From Eubacteriaceae bacterium (GTDB lineage Bacteria; Bacillota; Clostridia; Eubacteriales; Eubacteriaceae): a DNA stretch of 64,000 nt. Under the pieces are notes generated by a model that had not been told where the DNA came from, made no database searches, and saw nothing but the letters and a program-made list of their open reading frames with translations. Where the stretch lies: contig JAFRBB010000008.1 of the NCBI GenBank assembly GCA_017405085.1, positions 1,984-65,983 on the forward strand, written 5' to 3'. Position 1 is the first letter of the stretch; each line of letters opens with the position of its first letter. Position numbers and translations under genes: made by a program. Positions 58,301 to 64,000 of the stretch are shown piece after piece.

Positions 58301-59026
58301 ATGTTGAATGAAAAAATCACGGATAAAACACCGATGATCAAAATTTTGCAGGCGGTGGATCCGGCGATTATGCCGGATTTCGGCGGCGGTGATCGGGATA
58401 TGACACGTATGGCCCAGACCCTGATGCAGGATTTGTTCGCCATGCAGACCATCTATCGTGCGGCAATTAAGGAGATCAGCACGAAGCTTGAAATTTTAAA
58501 CGATGAATTTCAAAGCACCCATCAGCGCAACCCGATTCACAATATGTCTTCTCGGGTGAAATCCCCGAAGAGCATTGTAGAAAAGCTCTCCCGCAAGGGA
58601 TTTCCGGTGACGGCCGAGGCCGCCCGGACCTATCTGGACGACATTGCCGGGGTTCGGATTATCTGCCCGTACATTGAAGATATTTATACGGTCAAGGCGA
58701 TGATCGAGGCCCGGGACGACATCGAGGTCACGCGGATTACGGATTATATCGAACATCCCAAGGACAACGGCTATCGCTCGCTGCATCTGATTGTGCGGCT
58801 GCCGGTTTTTTTCTCGGATCACAAGGTGCTGGTGCGCATCGAGATTCAAATCCGCACCATTGCCATGGATTTTTGGGCGAGCCTGGAGCATCAGCTGCGC
58901 TATAAAGCCATCGAACCCGGGCGCATTCCCGAGGAGGTGTCGGCGGAACTTAAAGAGTGCGCCGATACCATTGCCGAGACGGACCGACGAATGCAGGATA
59001 TTCACAACACCTATGTGAAGGATTAA
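58301..59026 (+). CDS. small alarmone synthetase (RelA/SpoT-domain GTP pyrophosphokinase, RelQ/RelP-like)
   Basis: IAGVRIICPY...YRSLHLIV...IEIQIRTIAMDFWASLEHQLRYK synthetase motifs. ATG 58301 sits 9 nt after GGAGG. Confidence 0.88.
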   Translation: MLNEKITDKTPMIKILQAVDPAIMPDFGGGDRDMTRMAQTLMQDLFAMQTIYRAAIKEISTKLEILNDEFQSTHQRNPIHNMSSRVKSPKSIVEKLSRKGFPVTAEAARTYLDDIAGVRIICPYIEDIYTVKAMIEARDDIEVTRITDYIEHPKDNGYRSLHLIVRLPVFFSDHKVLVRIEIQIRTIAMDFWASLEHQLRYKAIEPGRIPEEVSAELKECADTIAETDRRMQDIHNTYVKD

Positions 59027-59087
59027 GGTCAAAAATCCGCCGCCGGCGGGTTTTTTGCTTAGAGCGGTGCTTGATTGGAGGATGGGG

Positions 59088-60356
59088 ATGGAACAGAAAC
59101 TTTTTACAGAATTTCGCGCGCTTTATGGCACAAGTCGGAAGTATCCAAACGTAATCAGAATCAGAATTCGTATGGACGTGCCAATCGATCCGGACGCCTT
59201 TCGCGCAGCTGTGGATTTGACGATGAGACGCTATCCTTATTTTTGCGTTGAATTGCGAAAACGCGATGGGCAATATGTGTTCGCGGACAATCACAGACCT
59301 GTGGTGATTGCCGATTCGCTTCGGGGAGTTGAGTTAAATTCGGAAGCGTCCAATTATCATATGATTGCTTTTTCAAGAACCGATGACGTGATGATGATGG
59401 ACGTGTTTCACGGGCTCACGGACGGCATCGGGGCTTACGCGGTTTTGGAGACGCTGTTGTATTATTACCGGTTGGCGCGGGATGGACAGACCCCGGGCAA
59501 GGCAGTGGTCCCTCCGGCCGGGGAGACCGCGACTCCGGAAGAATGGGCGGATCCAGTGATCGGGCGAACCGATCTCAAGGCGTCCGGACGGCAGGCGCTC
59601 TCAAAGGCATTGAATCTGGCGGAATGCGCCGGGCTTCAGCATGACCCGATGGGAACGGTCCACTGTGTGACGCTGTCGGAAAAGGATTTTATGCGGTTTG
59701 TGAAAGGGCATCACGGCAGTCCGGCTACGATGATCTCGCTGCTTTTTTGCCGCGCGGTCGCGAAACTTTATCCCGACGAAAAGGATGTAATCCGGATTGT
59801 CATGTGCGTGAATCAGAGAAAGGCGCTTCACGCGCCGCATGCGCGTCACAATTTGGTTGGCGGTGCGATGTTGGATTTTGATGAAACCCTGCGGGATTTG
59901 CCCTTTGACCGGCAGATCAAGGCCATGCGCGATATGGTTTTCGCGGACACCCGGGAAGAAAAGGTGCTTGAGGGGGTTGCGGCTCAACGGGACATGACCC
60001 GCGCGATGCTTGCCAAAGCATCGGATCGGGAAAGGGTGGATTTTTTCACTACCGCGGAACGCGCCGCCAAAAGGGTGATCACGGCCACCTTCAGCTATGC
60101 GGGAAAAGCCGATTTTCATGAAGCTGAAAAGATGATTTCCGAATTCAGATCGTGGACCAGCCCGCCGGAAAGCGGGATGTGCATTCAGATGTCCGCCGTC
60201 AATGGGCGGTTTACGATTGAGTTTTTACAGCGTTATGCAAACCCCGTTTTTGTGAAGGCTTTTTTAAAAGAACTGGCGCGTTTCGGCATCGCTTATGAGG
60301 ATCGGGGCACTGAGCCGCTGGAACTGGCCAATATCCGATTGCCGTGGTCGGGTTAA
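59088..60356 (+). CDS. hypothetical protein with condensation/acyltransferase-like HxxxDG motif
   Basis: MMMDVFHGLTDGIG resembles the HHxxxDG active-site motif of the condensation/CAT-fold superfamily. ATG 59088 sits 6 nt after GGAGG. Confidence 0.55.
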   Translation: MEQKLFTEFRALYGTSRKYPNVIRIRIRMDVPIDPDAFRAAVDLTMRRYPYFCVELRKRDGQYVFADNHRPVVIADSLRGVELNSEASNYHMIAFSRTDDVMMMDVFHGLTDGIGAYAVLETLLYYYRLARDGQTPGKAVVPPAGETATPEEWADPVIGRTDLKASGRQALSKALNLAECAGLQHDPMGTVHCVTLSEKDFMRFVKGHHGSPATMISLLFCRAVAKLYPDEKDVIRIVMCVNQRKALHAPHARHNLVGGAMLDFDETLRDLPFDRQIKAMRDMVFADTREEKVLEGVAAQRDMTRAMLAKASDRERVDFFTTAERAAKRVITATFSYAGKADFHEAEKMISEFRSWTSPPESGMCIQMSAVNGRFTIEFLQRYANPVFVKAFLKELARFGIAYEDRGTEPLELANIRLPWSG

Positions 60357-60589
60357 GGGGTCCCACGATGATTCACGGTTCAACATCGGTCAACAAAACG
60401 TCTGATCGGGCCGCCGCTTGATTTTCACGCTCACACGGCGATTAATTTATTGCGATGATTTTCAACTCGCGTCAAGTCGGTTATAATAGAGAAAAAACAA
60501 AGGCGAATCCATCGGCCGGGATCATCCCGCGGCTTTTGGGTTTCGCCCGTGACGACCGAAGACAGTCGGTCATTGAAGGAGGTATGATG

Positions 60590-61300
60590 ATGAAATTAAC
60601 GGTTCTCGGCAACAGAGGTGCTTATCCCAAAGCGGGCACGGCTTGCTCGGGCTATTTACTTGAAACCCAAAAGGCGAAAATTGTGCTTGATCTCGGCGCC
60701 GGCACCTTAGCGAATCTTTTGTCGGTCTGCCGGCTTGAAGATGTTTCGGCGATTGTCATTACCCATCTGCATTGGGATCATTTTTCCGATATGATGGTGT
60801 TGCAATACGCGTTGGATGAAAAAAATTTAACTATCCCCGTGTATTGCCCGGCAGAGCCCGAAGCCCATTTCAATCTTTTGATGGGTTCATCGCATTTTGA
60901 ATTGCATCCGATATCGGAAGGAGAGAGCGTCACCATCGGCGACGCGGCATTGGATTTTTCCGAATTGTCGCATCCGGTGAAGAATTTCGGCGTTCGCGTG
61001 ACGGAAGGCCGCTTTGTCTTCGGCTATACCGGGGATACCGCCAAATGCGACGCGCTGGATAAATTTTTGGAACCGGTTCAAACCCTGCTTTGCGACACCA
61101 CCTTTTTCGATGATGTGGAATCCGACAAGCATATGAGTGTGATGCAAGCCCTTGATGTCGCGGGGAAGAATGGTGTGCGCCGGCTGATTATGACGCATTT
61201 TCCCGCCGATGCCAGACCTCAAGCCTATTTAGACAAGGCCCGGGATCGTTTTAACGGGCGCATTTCCATGACGGATATGATGCAGGTGATACAACTTTAA
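60590..61300 (+). CDS. MBL-fold metallo-hydrolase
   Basis: MKLTVLGNRG... and the ITHLHWDH (HxHxDH) motif. Three consecutive ATGs follow GGAGG. The ORF-track start at 60455 is an upstream extension. Confidence 0.85.
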   Translation: MKLTVLGNRGAYPKAGTACSGYLLETQKAKIVLDLGAGTLANLLSVCRLEDVSAIVITHLHWDHFSDMMVLQYALDEKNLTIPVYCPAEPEAHFNLLMGSSHFELHPISEGESVTIGDAALDFSELSHPVKNFGVRVTEGRFVFGYTGDTAKCDALDKFLEPVQTLLCDTTFFDDVESDKHMSVMQALDVAGKNGVRRLIMTHFPADARPQAYLDKARDRFNGRISMTDMMQVIQL

Positions 61301-61469
61301 ACATAATCATGATGTCATGCCGGCCGAAGGACAATGACGAACCGGGCAGCGCTCGTTTGATGATGCTTATTTAGCGAGCGCCGCTTGTTTTATGTCATGA
61401 TCGATAGAGCCGGTGACATTATCGGACGTCAAACTCGAAGATCAGATAGATTTTATCTAATCGGACAAC

Positions 61470-63815
61470 ATGAAAGCATGGAACAAAACGGAGGAAAGGG
61501 TGAAAAGACCGGCACTATGGGCACTGGGGTGCGTTGTTCTCGCGATTCTTTTGACTTATTATGAAGCACCTTTTTGGCTTTACGCTTTTCCTGTGATGCT
61601 CTTGCTGGTGCTGCCTTTTGCCGTTGATGGGCTTGATTTCAGACGAACGGCAGTGTTTGGCTTAGTCTATCTGTTGACTGTTTTTGTGTCTTTATCGGCT
61701 TTTTCCATCGGAAATGTCATTGCGCCGTGGGACGGCAGTATTGTCACGGTTTCGGGCGTTGTTGACTCCGTCCCGGGAGAAAGCGAGAAAAAAGATAGCT
61801 TTCTGGTGGCGGTCAGACAAATTGAAGGGCAGAATACCGCAACCCGCATTGCCGTGAGTGATTATACCGATAACGCGGAGCGAAAAGCGGTGAATCCCGG
61901 TGACGTTGTGCGAATCAAAGGCAGGCTTCGTCTTCCCGATGCCGGCCGCAATCCCGGCGGCTTCAATTACAGGCTTTATCTCCTCGGTCAGCGTGTCGCG
62001 GGGGTGATGTCGGTTTCGGACGCGGAGAATATGACGGTTCTCGGAAGCGCGCCCTCTGTCATCCACCGTATCGAAGGTTTACGAATTCGCTTGAGTGAGT
62101 CTGTCGACCGGGCCTTCTCGCCGGAAGAAGCCGCATTGATCCGGGGTATTCTTTTTGGGGATAAGACGATTTCCGATCGGGTTCAGACACTGTTTTCCGA
62201 CGCCGGACTCTCCCATGTTCTGGCGGTGTCGGGTCTTCATGTCGGATTTTTATTCGCCGCGGTTGCCTGGCTTTTGTCACGCATTAAACTAAAAGAAAAA
62301 TACTATTTTCCGGTTTTACTACCACTATTGGTCTTTTATATTGTGCTCACGGGCATGTCGGCATCGGTGGTTCGCGCGTCTCTCATGCTCACGGCGGTGG
62401 TTCTCGGCCGGGTGGTCAAACGCCATTATGATATGCTCTCGGGCATTGCCGTCGCCGCGATCATCATTCTCATCGCTTCGCCGGCACAGCTTTTCGCGGC
62501 GGGTTTTCAAATGAGCTTCGGTGCTGTGATCGGCATCTGTTTCTTTTTTAAACCTCTTTGTCATTTGATAGAAAAGCATGTTAAAAAACCAGGTTCTCTG
62601 CTCTCCGCCCTTGTCTTAACCCTGTGCGCGACGGCGGGGACATTGCCGGCAACGCTATATCATTTTCAAACGGTCAACTTAATCGGGTTTTTAACGAATC
62701 CCGTGGTTGTTCCTATTGTCGGTGTCCTTTTGACCCTTTGTTTTGTGGCGGTGCCTTTGATGACATTGCTGCCGCCCCTTGCTCCGGTTTTGGCTTTTGT
62801 TCCGTCAGTCATCGCGAAAATCATCATAGCGCTCACGGGCTTTTTCGCGTCCTTCGATTTTCTTCGATTTCACCGCGGCGCTCTCAATGTCTGGGAATTT
62901 GCCATGATAGCGCTGCTCATGTTTTTGATTGCCGGCTATTTCAACGTCAAACGAATGAAGCCGACGATTGCCGCGAGCGCTCTCGTTTCCGTCTGCGTCA
63001 TCGGCATCGTTGTGACGTCAATATGGCCGAAGCCTTTTACGGTGACTTATCTCGATGTGGGACAGGGAGACGCTGCCCTTGTCGAAACGCCTTCCGGCGG
63101 CGCCTATCTGATCGACGGCGGAGGCTATGAAGATGCCGTTAACACGTCGCAATCCCGGGTGCCGATTTCGGAAAAAGTGCTTTTACCCGCCTTATACAGT
63201 AAAAACATTACTCGGCTTGACGGCGTGTTCATCAGCCATAACCATAAAGATCATGCCCAGGGAATTGAGGAGATTTTGACGAAAATCCCCGTTGAGACGA
63301 TCTATCTCACGCCGAAATACAACGGGGAAGGGCTGGCGCTTCAAAGCAAAATACCCGTTACAATTATCGCCGAGGGCTCTCATCTCGAAACCAAGGACGG
63401 GCTGTCCGTCGATGTTTTTTGGCCTGACGCTCATCCGGAGGCATTGCCCGACGATAAACAAAACGAAGCGTCCTGCGTGATGGCGCTAACCTACGGCAAA
63501 CGGCGTTTTCTTTTTACGGGAGACGCGGGATTTGAGACGGAGAGCAAATTAAAGCCTGCATTGATCGATTGCGATGTGTTAAAAGTCGGCCACCACGGCA
63601 GCAAATATTCAACCGATGCGGCTTTTCTCTCCGGCGCAACTCCTGCGATTGCCGTCATTTCCGTCGGTAAAAACAACACGTATGGTCATCCTGCACCGGA
63701 GACGCTAAAACGATTGACCGCCATCGGCGCGAAGACCGTCCGAACCGATCAAAGCGGAGCGGTTGAAATCAAGACCGACGGTGATGGGTTAAGCATGCAT
63801 TGCTTTAGTCCCTGA
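61470..63815 (+). CDS. comEC: DNA internalization-related competence protein ComEC/Rec2
   Basis: A 781-aa protein with an N-terminal OB-like domain, a polytopic competence domain (SHVLAVSGLHVG) and a C-terminal MBL domain (LDVGQGDA...HHGS). Confidence 0.92.
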   Translation: MKAWNKTEERVKRPALWALGCVVLAILLTYYEAPFWLYAFPVMLLLVLPFAVDGLDFRRTAVFGLVYLLTVFVSLSAFSIGNVIAPWDGSIVTVSGVVDSVPGESEKKDSFLVAVRQIEGQNTATRIAVSDYTDNAERKAVNPGDVVRIKGRLRLPDAGRNPGGFNYRLYLLGQRVAGVMSVSDAENMTVLGSAPSVIHRIEGLRIRLSESVDRAFSPEEAALIRGILFGDKTISDRVQTLFSDAGLSHVLAVSGLHVGFLFAAVAWLLSRIKLKEKYYFPVLLPLLVFYIVLTGMSASVVRASLMLTAVVLGRVVKRHYDMLSGIAVAAIIILIASPAQLFAAGFQMSFGAVIGICFFFKPLCHLIEKHVKKPGSLLSALVLTLCATAGTLPATLYHFQTVNLIGFLTNPVVVPIVGVLLTLCFVAVPLMTLLPPLAPVLAFVPSVIAKIIIALTGFFASFDFLRFHRGALNVWEFAMIALLMFLIAGYFNVKRMKPTIAASALVSVCVIGIVVTSIWPKPFTVTYLDVGQGDAALVETPSGGAYLIDGGGYEDAVNTSQSRVPISEKVLLPALYSKNITRLDGVFISHNHKDHAQGIEEILTKIPVETIYLTPKYNGEGLALQSKIPVTIIAEGSHLETKDGLSVDVFWPDAHPEALPDDKQNEASCVMALTYGKRRFLFTGDAGFETESKLKPALIDCDVLKVGHHGSKYSTDAAFLSGATPAIAVISVGKNNTYGHPAPETLKRLTAIGAKTVRTDQSGAVEIKTDGDGLSMHCFSP

Positions 63816-63889
63816 ATCATCGGCGGACATCATCATTGCATGTTTTGTGAAACGGTTGAATAGAATCTCTTAACCGAAGAGGATAATCA

Positions 63890-64000
63890 ATGATTCAATT
63901 GACCTATGGACACACCAATACATTTTTAATCGAGGGGAGCATTGGTTATTTGCTCGTCGATACCGATTATGCGGGAAAGCTATCCGCGTTCTATCAAGCC
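63890..64000 (+). CDS. MBL-fold hydrolase-like protein, N-terminal fragment (continues beyond window)
   Basis: Hand translation gives MIQLTYGHTNTFLIEGSIGYLLVDTDYAGKLSAFYQA after a GAAGAGG RBS. The frame is open to the window end. Confidence 0.5.
   Translation, partial: MIQLTYGHTNTFLIEGSIGYLLVDTDYAGKLSAFYQA

Overview
The window looks like a Firmicutes (Clostridia-type) chromosome segment with four parts. (1) 1-18.8 kb is a conserved translation core. It holds the distal S10 operon, the spc and alpha ribosomal-protein operons (rplD to rplQ, including secY, adk, map, infA, rpmJ and rpoA), then ecfA1-ecfA2-ecfT, truA and rplM-rpsI. (2) About 18.8-39.4 kb is an AT-rich accessory island. It opens with a 1.3-kb segment bounded by perfect 29-bp inverted repeats. 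That segment holds only a tyrosine recombinase gene, an outward-facing consensus promoter and a terminator, so I read it as a putative invertible switch. Four large secreted proteins follow, built from shuffled modules: DUF285/BspA-type LRR arrays, a putative Cys-His-Asp peptidase-like domain, ChW cell-wall-binding repeats and a transglutaminase-like domain. These genes share kb-scale near-identical direct repeats. A lipoprotein, an acyltransferase-3 membrane protein and two tandem zinc-ribbon membrane paralogs complete the island. (3) 39.4-54 kb is housekeeping: typA, phoH-ybeY-era-recO, gloA-like, a macro-domain protein, pepD and mnmA. It is interrupted by one more LRR/CAP/Big_2/ChW surface-protein gene. 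(4) 54-64 kb holds a DUF815 ATPase and recX bracketed by two copies of a MITE-like hairpin-rich repeat, then a 2-hydroxyacid dehydrogenase, a small alarmone synthetase, a condensation-like protein, an MBL hydrolase and comEC. I saw no rRNA, tRNA or CRISPR. The main lead is the recombinase-in-cassette inverton, which appears to be in the OFF orientation upstream of the recombination-prone surface-protein family.
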